Shown piece after piece: positions 38,803 to 50,732 of a stretch of DNA of 64,000 bases. The notes below the pieces were generated by a model, which was not told the DNA's origin, did not search any database, and saw only the letters and a list, made by a program, of their open reading frames with translations. Positions within the stretch are counted from its first letter, which is position 1, and each line of letters opens with the position of its first letter. The DNA is from Acidobacteriota bacterium (lineage in GTDB: Bacteria > Acidobacteriota > Thermoanaerobaculia > Multivoradales > UBA5704): NCBI GenBank assembly GCA_040005235.1, contig JBDTZG010000006.1, positions 89,496 to 153,495 on the forward strand. The letters run 5' to 3'. A program made the position numbers and the translations under genes.

Positions 38803-38870
38803 GCCGGCTGCCGAAGCCTCGATACAGTAGACCAGCATCTCCCGCCCACCGTGGCGGATGGGGAGAAGCT

Positions 38871-39167
38871 ATGCTTCATCTCAGTTCTTTCAGGCGGAAG
38901 GAAATCGCCCATCGACGCTTTGGCGGAAGCCCCGATCCTTAGAACCGAGCGACGCTCGCGCGCCGATTCTGGGGGCAGGGCTTGGCGACCGAGTCCGCCC
39001 GGGCCGCCCTCGACCACGCCTTCGCCGTTTGGCGAAAGGATCTCGTCATCAGCCTTATTCACCCGGAGAACCGCGCCTCCGTTCGGGTGGCCGAACGGCT
39101 CGGGGAGAGCCTCGTCGGCCGCATCCCTCACGGCGGGCGGGAGATGCTGGTTTACGGTACCCACCGG
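38871..39167 (+). pseudogene. GNAT (RimJ/RimL-like) N-acetyltransferase remnant with internal deletion/frameshift
   Basis: One frame reads APILRTER (a typical GNAT N-terminal strand) and another frame reads RRFWGQGLATESARAALDHAF...ISLIHPENRASVRVAERLG (GNAT motif A and C-terminus). The ~100 aa normally between them are missing, and the ATG at 38871 hits a TAG after 23 codons. Confidence 0.5.
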
Positions 39168-39230
39168 GCGAGGCCTACGGCCCGGATAGCCTTCGCCGTG
39201 GCGGCGGCTCCCATCCTGTCCTTCCCCCAG

Positions 39231-39978
39231 GTGAGGCTCGAAGAGTGGCTGGAGGCCCAGGCGGCCTGGATCGAGGTCAAGGCGCTGACGCCCAAAGCCC
39301 GGCGGGACAAAGTGCGGCTTACACGCTCGCTGCACAACCTCGGATTTCTGGAGACGCTCCTAGAAGCGGGTACATCGGCCTCCACAGCCGAGAGCGAAGA
39401 ATACTTCGTCCTCGCCTTGCTTGCAGCCCAGCAGCTCCCTTCCCCTAGGGTTTCCGCCGAGCTACAAAACGACCTGTGTGCCGAGTGCTGCGCCGAGATC
39501 GCGAACGCCCGGCGCCGGTTGGCCAAGTGGGGCGCTTCCCGAGATGCACTGAGGAAGGCGAACGATTATTTCGAGAAAGGTTCCAGGAGTGGAGTGGTAG
39601 AGGGAAAGTTGCTCTGCGTAGCAGCGGCGATTGCAGGAGGTGATAGCCGGCGATCTCGAACACGGCCTGGTGAAAGACCTCTTTCTCGACCTGGTCTACT
39701 TGTTCGGTTTCTACCTCACGCAAGGCCAAACCTCTGAAGCGATTGCCCTTTGCCGCCGGGCCGGCGAGGAGCTGTCTCTACTCGATGACGAGGAAGGAAG
39801 CGTCGAGATCGCGCGCGACCAGATGCGGCAGGTTTGGCACAACCTGGAGCAGGAAGTGAGGCGGGGCACCGTCGACCTCAGCGCGACCGTGGTTCTGCGG
39901 AAATACATCAAGGCGCACTGGCGGTTCCCGGCCGACGAGATGCCCGCATTCGGAGGAGCTGGCCCAGACCACCACTGA
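39231..39978 (+). pseudogene. Hypothetical helical protein split over two frames (shift near 39620-39640)
   Basis: ORF 38982..39737 and ORF 39631..39978 both have coding-like helical sequence and overlap by ~100 nt in different frames. The second frame opens right after a TAG at 39619-39621. Confidence 0.3.
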
Positions 39979-39994
39979 GCTGGCCCAGGAAACC

Positions 39995-40040
39995 AAAAAA
40001 AGACCGGATCGCTCCGTCCGGGGGGACGAAAGGATCCGGT
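39995..40040 (-). terminator. Rho-independent terminator downstream of the Spy/CpxP-like gene
   Basis: Minus strand reads ACCGGATCCTTTCGTCC-CCCC-GGACGGAGCGATCCGGT followed by CTTTTTTT. Confidence 0.8.
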
Positions 40041-40141
40041 GGGGGATGACAGGCGCGGAGTTGGGACTACTTGGCTTGCCGCGCGAGGTAGAGACTAGGG
40101 TCGCGAGCGGTCGAAGACGTCGCCCTTCTGTGGCGATCCGG

Positions 40142-40726
40142 TTACAGCGGCCGGTCGTTGCCGTCGGGTCCCGGTGCGGGCCGCCCTTTTCGTTCCCGGC
40201 GCCCTTCGCGACGCCCCCGCTCGCCGGACAGCAGCCGGGGGTGGGCCTGCTTCCACTCCTGATAGCGGGCGAGTTGATCCTCGGTGAGCAGGGTGGAAAG
40301 CTGCTGGTCGAACTGTTCGAGCGCGCTTTTGAGCGCGCCGCGCCCCGATCGCACCTGGATCATCAATTGGCCGATCCGCTGCGCATCGGGCTGCGGTGCG
40401 TCCAGCTCGGCCTTCAGCTGCAGGCGCAGAGAGCGGTGCGACTCGCGCAATGGGGACATGTCGGTTCGCATCTGTTCGACCAGGTCGGCCACCTTGGCGC
40501 TCTGGGTCGAGTCGAGCGCCAGATATCGCGTGATCGCCTCGCCGTGTCCGAAGCGGCGCCCGCGGTCGGCCTTGTCGGAAGCGCTACGGCCCGTGCGGTG
40601 CGCGGCGAGCCCTTGGCTGTCGGCGGAGATCGAGGCGTGCGATGCGACGACACCGACGAGGGCGAAAACGCCGAGGGTGCCGAGAAGAGGTAGGAGGAAA
40701 CGGGGGCGGCGGAGGGTTCTTGTCAT
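40142..40726 (-). CDS. Spy/CpxP-family periplasmic protein (LTxxQ motif)
   Basis: Signal peptide and helical body with LLTEDQLARYQEW (LTxxQ). Confidence 0.75.
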   Translation of the reverse strand: MTRTLRRPRFLLPLLGTLGVFALVGVVASHASISADSQGLAAHRTGRSASDKADRGRRFGHGEAITRYLALDSTQSAKVADLVEQMRTDMSPLRESHRSLRLQLKAELDAPQPDAQRIGQLMIQVRSGRGALKSALEQFDQQLSTLLTEDQLARYQEWKQAHPRLLSGERGRREGRRERKGRPAPGPDGNDRPL

Positions 40727-40878
40727 CGGGTTCTCCTTCGTCAGATCCGAGGTGAAGGGCTCCTCGGGCAGTCGAGGGAAGAAACCCCGCCGGCGGGATT
40801 TTCTTGCGGTTTCTCGGTCAGGTTGCGCAGAGCCCCGCCGCCCCGATGATAGGGTTCCGCCTCACCCGGGAGAACGCG

Positions 40879-41979
40879 ATGAGCGAGGAAATTCTGCGAC
40901 GCACCCCTCTGTACGATCTGCACCGCGAAGCGGGCGGAAAGATGGTCCCGTTCGCCGGTTGGGAAATGCCGGTCCAATATACCGGCGTGATCGAAGAGCA
41001 CACGGCGGTCCGCGAGCGGGCGGGGTTGTTCGACGTCTCGCATATGGGCGAGTTCCGGGTCGACGGCAAGGGCGCCACCGCCTTTTTGGATGCCTTGACC
41101 CCCAACCACGTCGCCAAGCTCGCCATCGGCCGGGCGCACTACAGCGGCCTGCTGAACGAGGGCGGCACCTATATCGACGACCTTTTGATCTATCGCCTGG
41201 GGGACGAGTCCTACCTGGTGGTGGTGAACGCCAGCAACGTCGATCGCGATTTCGCCTGGATCGCCGAGCGCGCGCCGACCGGGGTGACGGTTGAAAACGT
41301 CTCCGACGCTTACGCTCTGCTCGCGCTTCAGGGGCCGAAGGCGGTCGAAATCCTTGCCCAGCTCACTTCGACCGACCTGTCCGCGATCCGCTACTACGGC
41401 TTCGCCATGGGCGAGGTCGCCGGGGTCCAGGCGTTGATCTCGCGCACCGGCTATACCGGAGAGGACGGCTTCGAGCTGTACGTGCCGCCGGACGGCGCCC
41501 CCGCGGTCTGGCGCAAGCTGTTCGAGGTCGGCGCGGCGCACGGACTTCAGCCGGCGGGCCTGGGCGCGCGCGACACCCTGCGGCTGGAAGCCGGCATGGC
41601 GCTCTACGGCCACGAGCTGAACGAGACGACCACGCCGTTCGATGCCGGGCTCTCCTGGGTGGTCAAGCTCGACAAAGGGCATTTCGTCGGCCGCGACGCT
41701 CTGGTCGCGCAAAAGGCGCGCGGCCTCACCCGGCAGCTCGCGGGCTTCGAGATCGAGGGGCGCGGAATCGCCCGCGAGGGCCATGCCGTGCAGGTCGATG
41801 GCGCCGCGGTCGGCGCGGTCACCAGCGGCACCTGGAGCCCGACGTTTCAAAAGGCGCTCGGCCTGGCCTACGTGCCGGTCGGGCAGGCGGCGGAGGGGAC
41901 CGGAATCGCAATCGAGGTGCGCGGCAAGGCACTGCCCGCCCGGATCGTCAAAACCCCGTTCTACCAGCGGAGCAAATAG
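40879..41979 (+). CDS. gcvT: Glycine cleavage system aminomethyltransferase GcvT
   Basis: The ATG at 40879 gives [34 protein letters not shown]. Confidence 0.93.
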   Translation: MSEEILRRTPLYDLHREAGGKMVPFAGWEMPVQYTGVIEEHTAVRERAGLFDVSHMGEFRVDGKGATAFLDALTPNHVAKLAIGRAHYSGLLNEGGTYIDDLLIYRLGDESYLVVVNASNVDRDFAWIAERAPTGVTVENVSDAYALLALQGPKAVEILAQLTSTDLSAIRYYGFAMGEVAGVQALISRTGYTGEDGFELYVPPDGAPAVWRKLFEVGAAHGLQPAGLGARDTLRLEAGMALYGHELNETTTPFDAGLSWVVKLDKGHFVGRDALVAQKARGLTRQLAGFEIEGRGIAREGHAVQVDGAAVGAVTSGTWSPTFQKALGLAYVPVGQAAEGTGIAIEVRGKALPARIVKTPFYQRSK

Positions 41980-42119
41980 GATTTTCTCCGGCTTGGCGCC
42001 AGTGCTATAACCTGCGCCGAAGTTCACCATTCGCGGCGGGAGTCGCTCCTTGGGTGCCCCCGCCGACGTTTACCGGCCCGACTCTCAAGTCCGGCCGACC
42101 TGGAGGGCATTCTCACAAC

Positions 42120-42506
42120 ATGTATCCCAGCGACTATCTTTATTCGAAGGAGCACGAGTGGGTGCGGGTAGAGGATGACGTTTGCACCCTCGGGATCACC
42201 GAGTACGCCCAGGCGGAGCTCGGCGAGGTGGTGTTCGTCGAGCTGCCCGAAGTGGGCCAGGTCTTCGATTCCGGCGACGAGATCGGCACCATCGAATCGG
42301 TCAAGGCGGTGGCCGAGATCTATACCCCGCTCGCGGGCGAGATCCTGGAGATCAACGAGGCGGTGGTCGACGATCCCGAGATCCTGAACGAGGATCCGCA
42401 CCACGAAGGGTGGCTGGTCAAGATGCGTTTCTCCTCGGCCGACGACATCAAGAGCCTGATGAACGCCGAGGAGTACGAGAAGTTCGCGACCGAAGGCGGG
42501 GAGTAA
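42120..42506 (+). CDS. gcvH: Glycine cleavage system H protein
   Basis: GGAGGG SD upstream of the ATG at 42120. Lipoyl-lysine motif TIESVKAVAEIY. Confidence 0.93.
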   Translation: MYPSDYLYSKEHEWVRVEDDVCTLGITEYAQAELGEVVFVELPEVGQVFDSGDEIGTIESVKAVAEIYTPLAGEILEINEAVVDDPEILNEDPHHEGWLVKMRFSSADDIKSLMNAEEYEKFATEGGE

Positions 42507-42509
42507 CCC

Positions 42510-45446
<2,937 letters not shown>

Positions 45447-45467
45447 GATTCGGGAGGAACCTGGCGC

Positions 45468-45842
45468 GTGAGACGCCTGGGGGCGGCGCTCGCCGGGCTG
45501 TTTCTGGCCTGTTGGGTGGTCGTCCTGCTGGGCGAATTGGACGTCGTGGACCTCGCCGGGCACCTGCCGCTCGGTCTTTACCCGCTCTACAGCCTGGCCG
45601 TTTCGCTCGGCTGGGGAGCGGGGATCGCCTACTCCCGCCTGCGCCGCAAGGTCGAGCCGCGCAGGCGCTTCGCCTGGTTTCTGGTCTGCGTGCTCGGCCC
45701 CTTGGGTCTCGTCTTCCTGCTCCGCGCGATGGCCCCGGCCGCCGAGCAGGAGGCGGCGCCGCTGGTGCCCTACCTCGCCTTCGGAGTGTTCTCGGTCTTT
45801 TTCCTTATGCCGGCGATCCTGCCCGGTCCGTGGAGCCGTTGA
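45468..45842 (+). CDS. Hypothetical small membrane protein
   Basis: 124 aa with four hydrophobic helices. Confidence 0.5.
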   Translation: MRRLGAALAGLFLACWVVVLLGELDVVDLAGHLPLGLYPLYSLAVSLGWGAGIAYSRLRRKVEPRRRFAWFLVCVLGPLGLVFLLRAMAPAAEQEAAPLVPYLAFGVFSVFFLMPAILPGPWSR

Positions 45843-45846
45843 GGTC

Positions 45847-46209
45847 TCATCCTCCCGAGGGCTTGACCTTCCAGCCGCGCTTTTCCAGCTCGGCGACCAG
45901 GGCATCGCGATGGTCGCCCTGGATCTCGATCGTTCCGTCTTTGACCGTTCCTCCCGAGCCGCAGCGCCTTTTGAGCTCCCCCGCCAGCCGGGCGAGATCC
46001 TCTCCTGCCAAGGGGACCCCCGTGACGATCGTGACCCCTTTGCCCGCGCGACCCTTCGTCTCTCGCCCCACGCGCACGATGCCATCGGCCGAACCGGCCG
46101 GCGCCGCGGGCCGGCTGCACGCGCAGCGCTCGACCGGCCAGCCGCATTTCGGGCAGACCCGCCGCTCGGTCGAGTAGACCAGCCCGCTCCTTTTACTCTC
46201 CGGCGCCAA
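45847..46209 (-). CDS. yciH: Translation initiation factor SUI1/YciH family
   Basis: LVYSTE N-terminus, GKGVTIVTG and GGTVKDGTIEIQGDHRD. TTG start at 46209, overlapping the LanB-like stop by 17 nt. Confidence 0.85.
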   Translation of the reverse strand: MAPESKRSGLVYSTERRVCPKCGWPVERCACSRPAAPAGSADGIVRVGRETKGRAGKGVTIVTGVPLAGEDLARLAGELKRRCGSGGTVKDGTIEIQGDHRDALVAELEKRGWKVKPSGG

Positions 46210-49200
46210 TTTTTCCGCCGTCGACCTCCACCTTCCCCTTCCGAGCCCGGGCCGCCCGGGCTTGGTATTCGCGGTGGAGGAGTCCGTAGATCACCGCCTC
46301 GTGGGCTCGGGCGGCGGAGCGGATCATGCGGTTGAGGTGCATGTGGATCAAGCTCCCGGCGAGGTCGACCCTTTGCAGCTCGCCCGCGGCTTCGAGGCGC
46401 GCGAGCTCGGCGAGGGCCGGGGCGGAGCGGCGGGAACGTTCGGCGAGGATCGCGTAGCCGGGAGCCAGAGGATCGTCCTCCGCGGGCTCGGGGGCGAGCA
46501 GGGCGGCCAGGCTCTTCTTCTCGGTCCGGTATTTCTGGTCGATCGAGACGTCCAGGCTCTTCTGGCCGCCGAATTCCTTGGCGAAGTTCTCGCGCATCGC
46601 GCCCATCAGAGTGATCTTCCGCTCGTCCGCGATCCCCAAGTCGGCGAGGATCAGATCCGCGCCGCGGAACGCCAGGCGCCAGCGGGCGTCTGCCCCCTCG
46701 TCCCCTTCGAGCGTCTCGACGATGCTCAAGGAGGCGTCGCTGTCGAATCCGAACAGCGTCTCGCAGATGGGCATGCCGAGCGCACCTCCGTATCGCTCGG
46801 TCTCGCGCTCGTAGGTGTCGAGCTGAATCTTCCAGGCGCGACCGTCGGCGAGCAGCGGAGACACCGCCTTTTCCAGCCGCGGAAGGGCGTGGAGCAGCAG
46901 GGTGTGGGGATCGCCATGCAGGCGGATCCTCAGATGCCATTCGGGATCGCCGTAGCGAATGAAGAACCAGGAATCTACATCGCCCACGCTGAGCGCCTCG
47001 CGGATCGCCGGGCCGATCGCATCGCGCATGATTCCGTCCGCGGTCGAGTTTCCCGTATAGACCTTGAGGTAGAGCCACTCCGAACCGGGCGGGAAGCTGC
47101 GCCGGAGGATCGATTGGGTGGTGGCGGTCGACTTGGGAGGCTGTGCCGCAGGCAGGGTCGCCGCGCCGTCCGACTCACCCTTCGCGTTGTCCGCAGTCGC
47201 CGGAACCGCCGCAGCTCCGGCCGGCTTGCGGTCGTAAGGGACCACGATCTCGTGGAAGAACCGCCCTTCGGGTCCCGTCACGCAGAGCTTGTCCGGCCCG
47301 GGGAACAGCTCGTGGAGGACCGCCTGCTTGCGCTCCTCGATCAGGTCGAAGAACGTATCCAGCTCCAGCGGGTTCTCGAAATCGACCAGCAGCTCGTTGT
47401 CGCCATCGGCGAGCGTTGCGAGGCGTGGGATCTTCCGCCGCTCGCGCCAGGCCCGCGCCGCGGCGAGCAGGCCGGCGCCTTTCGCCTTCTTGAGCGTCTC
47501 GATCTCTTCCTCGGTCATCCTCCAGGTCGCGCGGGAAAGGATCGTCCGGCCCAACCGCACGCGCGGCAGGAACGCCGCGCCGTCGAACTGCCCCCAGCCC
47601 CAATAAAGACCGGCGGCCACGTTCTGCGATTGAAGGGTGCAGAGGAAGCGGTAGAGCCCCAGGCTCCCCATCGCGAAGTTGTGCGCGGACGAAAGCCGCG
47701 GAATCACCTCGCGGCGCAGTGAACGCGAGCGGATGACGATCCGGTTGCCGGTGACTGTGACGTCCAAATCTGAGACCGCAATCTGTTTGTCGGCCGGCGC
47801 GCCGGAGCGGCCGAGGAACGGAATCTCGTATTCGCGCAGCACGGGCCGGGCGAGGATGTTGCCGATCCGGCCCTGTGGCAGGTGGACCACCTCGGCGAAG
47901 ATCGCGCCGGGCTGGTGGGCCTCTTCTGCGCGCAGGTGATCGAGGGTCAAGCGGGTCAGTTCTGCGTCCGCATGGCAGAATCGGCCGAGCAGCCGCGCGC
48001 CGGACGGCCCGCCCGCGCCGCGCCAGAGCACCTCGAAGCGCCCCGCGTCCAAATCCTCTTCCGAAGCGGCGGACAGCGTCGCCATCACCTGGAAGGAATC
48101 GGGCAGCGGGGCGGCGTCGGTCACCTTGAGCTTCTCGACGTCGGAATCGGAGATCTCGATCTCAGTGATGCCCGAAGCGAGTGCGGTTTCGAGCTTGCTC
48201 ATCATCACCGCTTGGAAGTTGCCCCAGGGAACGGTCTGCGCGGCCGCCGGGCCGCCGAGTGCCACCCCTGCGAGCAGGGGCGAGGCCTCCGCCCCGGCGC
48301 TGCGCGATTTTTCGTAGCCGATCCCCACCTCTTCGTCCAGCACTTCAAGCAGCGGCACCCACCGGCCCTCGCCGTAGCGTTCGCCGAAATCGCGGCGAAA
48401 ATTGTCCAGCGACTCCAACCGCGAGCGGCCGAACATCTTGTGCAGTACCTCGACCCCCCGCGTCAGCTCGGCGGTCACCGCCGCCCCTAGCGCGGCTTCG
48501 GCGACCGGCTTCACCATGTCGACCTGGAAGAGCCGCGACAGCTCGACCGGCGTCGGCAGCTCTTCCAGGCTGCGCTCGATCTCCCGGTAGCGCTCGGGAT
48601 CGGAGCCGACCCCCGCCGCGTCGATCGCCGCGATCGCATCGCGGGTCGCGAGCAGCCGCTCCCGCACCTTGTGGCCGATCGCCAGATCGGGCAGCGCCGC
48701 GAGCTGATCGAGTAGATCGTGGATCGACTCCTGCCCGGTCACCGGCAAGCCGAAATCGGGCACCAGCAGTTGGCTCTGCACCAGCTCGGTCAGATACTCG
48801 TCGGCATCCTCCCGCGTGATCTCGCCGTCGGGGTCCGAATCGACCAGAGCCTGGGCCAAATCTTCAATCCGCGCTCCGCCCTTGGCGCGCGCGAGCGTCT
48901 CTTCCAAGTACGAAGTGGGGGTCACCGCGACCAGGTGGTGCGAACGAACCTTCCCGTCCAGCCGCGCCTCGGCGTAGCGCATGCGCCCCGCCGCGTCGTA
49001 CAGGCTGCTGTTGGGCAGATAGGAGAGCGCGGCGCGGACGGTGGGGTCCTTGATCAGCTCCTCGACCAGGGCGAATAAATAGTCCATGTCGAGCCGCGTG
49101 TGCCGGTCGTACCGGGCGCGCGGAGCCAACCGCAACCGGGTGGGCTCGTCCACGCCGACCAGGCGCCCAACCGAGCAGCCCGAGAACAGACCGAAAGGCG

Positions 49201-49570
49201 TCGGCCGGGCGCACATTCGCAACACGTACCGAACGAGCGCCCGCTCGGCCCGCTGGCCCTTTTTCCCGTCCGGCTCTTTTTTCCACAAGTCGAGCCCGTC
49301 GGAGAGCGAAGGTGAAGCCAAGAACACCGACTCGCGCACCTCCGGCCGTTCGAGCAAAGCCCGCAGTCGTTCGCGCAACAGAGCTCGATCGGCGGCCCAG
49401 GCGGCGGCAAACTCCTCTTCCGCCTCGGCGGAAGTCCCCGGAGACGCCAACCCCGCTCCCCAGGCCTCCAGCTCTTCATAGGGATAGAGAGGAGTGCGGA
49501 AAGCAAAAAACCCCGACGGGGCAAAGGGGAATTCGGAAGCGGTCTTCGACTTGTCTTTATCGCGGCTCAC
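46193..49570 (-). CDS. Full-length LanB-type lanthipeptide dehydratase family protein (N-terminal glutamylation domain plus C-terminal SpaB_C/elimination domain)
   Basis: N-terminus SGFFAFRTPLYPYEEL is typical of Lant_dehydr_N. The C-terminal segment WLYLKVYTGNSTADGIM...WFFIRYGDPEWHLRIRLHG is typical of the SpaB_C / thiopeptide-type domain. 1125 aa, GTG start at 49570. Confidence 0.85.
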   Translation of the reverse strand: MSRDKDKSKTASEFPFAPSGFFAFRTPLYPYEELEAWGAGLASPGTSAEAEEEFAAAWAADRALLRERLRALLERPEVRESVFLASPSLSDGLDLWKKEPDGKKGQRAERALVRYVLRMCARPTPFGLFSGCSVGRLVGVDEPTRLRLAPRARYDRHTRLDMDYLFALVEELIKDPTVRAALSYLPNSSLYDAAGRMRYAEARLDGKVRSHHLVAVTPTSYLEETLARAKGGARIEDLAQALVDSDPDGEITREDADEYLTELVQSQLLVPDFGLPVTGQESIHDLLDQLAALPDLAIGHKVRERLLATRDAIAAIDAAGVGSDPERYREIERSLEELPTPVELSRLFQVDMVKPVAEAALGAAVTAELTRGVEVLHKMFGRSRLESLDNFRRDFGERYGEGRWVPLLEVLDEEVGIGYEKSRSAGAEASPLLAGVALGGPAAAQTVPWGNFQAVMMSKLETALASGITEIEISDSDVEKLKVTDAAPLPDSFQVMATLSAASEEDLDAGRFEVLWRGAGGPSGARLLGRFCHADAELTRLTLDHLRAEEAHQPGAIFAEVVHLPQGRIGNILARPVLREYEIPFLGRSGAPADKQIAVSDLDVTVTGNRIVIRSRSLRREVIPRLSSAHNFAMGSLGLYRFLCTLQSQNVAAGLYWGWGQFDGAAFLPRVRLGRTILSRATWRMTEEEIETLKKAKGAGLLAAARAWRERRKIPRLATLADGDNELLVDFENPLELDTFFDLIEERKQAVLHELFPGPDKLCVTGPEGRFFHEIVVPYDRKPAGAAAVPATADNAKGESDGAATLPAAQPPKSTATTQSILRRSFPPGSEWLYLKVYTGNSTADGIMRDAIGPAIREALSVGDVDSWFFIRYGDPEWHLRIRLHGDPHTLLLHALPRLEKAVSPLLADGRAWKIQLDTYERETERYGGALGMPICETLFGFDSDASLSIVETLEGDEGADARWRLAFRGADLILADLGIADERKITLMGAMRENFAKEFGGQKSLDVSIDQKYRTEKKSLAALLAPEPAEDDPLAPGYAILAERSRRSAPALAELARLEAAGELQRVDLAGSLIHMHLNRMIRSAARAHEAVIYGLLHREYQARAARARKGKVEVDGGKIGAGE

Positions 49571-49628
49571 AGTCGCGGGAAGCTATCACCGGTCGGCCGT
49601 TTGCTGGAATGCCCTGGGAAGGCTCCCC

Positions 49629-50732
49629 CTACTTCGACTTCACCCGCGTCCAGATCTCGTCGTACAGCTTCGAGGCGTCGCCCACGTCGCCCACCAGTTC
49701 CAGCTTCGCCATCATTTCGGGGGTCGGGTAGATGGCCGGATTCGCCAGATCTTCGGGCTTGACCAGCGGGTGCGAGGCTCTGTTGGGGGTGGCGTACTGA
49801 TTGAAGTTCGAGAGCTGCGCTCCGATCTTCGCGTCGAGGATGTAGTCGATGAATTTCTCGGCCCAGTCGGCGTGGGGAGCTTTGGCGGGAATCACCATGC
49901 TGTCGACCCAGATCACGCCGCCTTCGTCGGGGACGAAGAACTGGGTGTCCGGGTCGTCGGTCATACCGCGGGCGGCATCGCCGTTATAAACCACCGCGGC
50001 GGTGACCTCCTTGCCGAGGACTTTGTTCTTGCCGCCCACTCCGCCTTCGAAGCCTTGCGAGCGCTTCTTCGCTTCGATCAGCAGGGCTCCCGCCGCTTCG
50101 ATTTCGGCCGGGTTCGTGGTGTTGACGCTCTTGCCCTGGAACTTGAGGGCGGAGCCGAGCATTTCGCGGATCGAGTCCATCATCAGGAACGGTCCGGGTT
50201 GCTGCTTCGGGTCGAACAGCAGGTTCCAGGACGGGTTGTAGCTTTTTGCCTGGGACTTCCGGAGGTAGATCCCGACCGTTCCCCACTGGTAGGCCGCGGT
50301 GTACTTGTTGCCCGGATCGAACGCAGGGTTGGCGAACTTCTCGTCCAGGTTCGCCAGATTCGGGATGTTCGCGTGGCGCAGCTCGGCGAGCAGGCCGAGG
50401 TGGATCATCCCCGGGACCACGTAGCTGCTCGGCACCACGAGGTCGTATTGCGAGGTGCCGCCCGCCTGGAGCTTGGCGATCATGCTCTCGTTGTCTTCGT
50501 AGACCTCGGTGGTCACCTTGCAGGTATATTTCTGCTCGAACGACTTGACGATCGCGGGATCGATGTACTCGCTCCAGATGAACAGGTTGATGCTGCACGG
50601 CCCCGTGGGCTCGGTCGGTCCGGCGTTCTCGGCGATGGCGGGGGGCGCCGGGGCCTCGGCCTTCTTGGCGCAGGCGGAGAACCCGGGCAGGAGGAGCGCC
50701 AGGGCGACGAGGAACAAGCTGAATTTGCGCAT
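49629..50732 (-). CDS. potD: Spermidine/putrescine ABC transporter substrate-binding lipoprotein
   Basis: The ATG at 50732 gives MRKFSLFLVALALLLPGFSAC (lipobox), followed by a PotD/PotF-type body. TGATG overlap with the potC stop. Confidence 0.88.
   Translation of the reverse strand: MRKFSLFLVALALLLPGFSACAKKAEAPAPPAIAENAGPTEPTGPCSINLFIWSEYIDPAIVKSFEQKYTCKVTTEVYEDNESMIAKLQAGGTSQYDLVVPSSYVVPGMIHLGLLAELRHANIPNLANLDEKFANPAFDPGNKYTAAYQWGTVGIYLRKSQAKSYNPSWNLLFDPKQQPGPFLMMDSIREMLGSALKFQGKSVNTTNPAEIEAAGALLIEAKKRSQGFEGGVGGKNKVLGKEVTAAVVYNGDAARGMTDDPDTQFFVPDEGGVIWVDSMVIPAKAPHADWAEKFIDYILDAKIGAQLSNFNQYATPNRASHPLVKPEDLANPAIYPTPEMMAKLELVGDVGDASKLYDEIWTRVKSK

Noticed and set aside
40727-40878. Expected glycine riboswitch in the gcvT leader.
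   Set aside because: The 152-nt leader is structured (for example AGAAACC...GGUUUCU and CCGCC-GGCGG). However, I could not find the conserved ACCGAAGGGGCAA or CUCUGGAGAG / CUCAGGCAAAAGGAC cores. An Infernal RF00504 scan would settle it.
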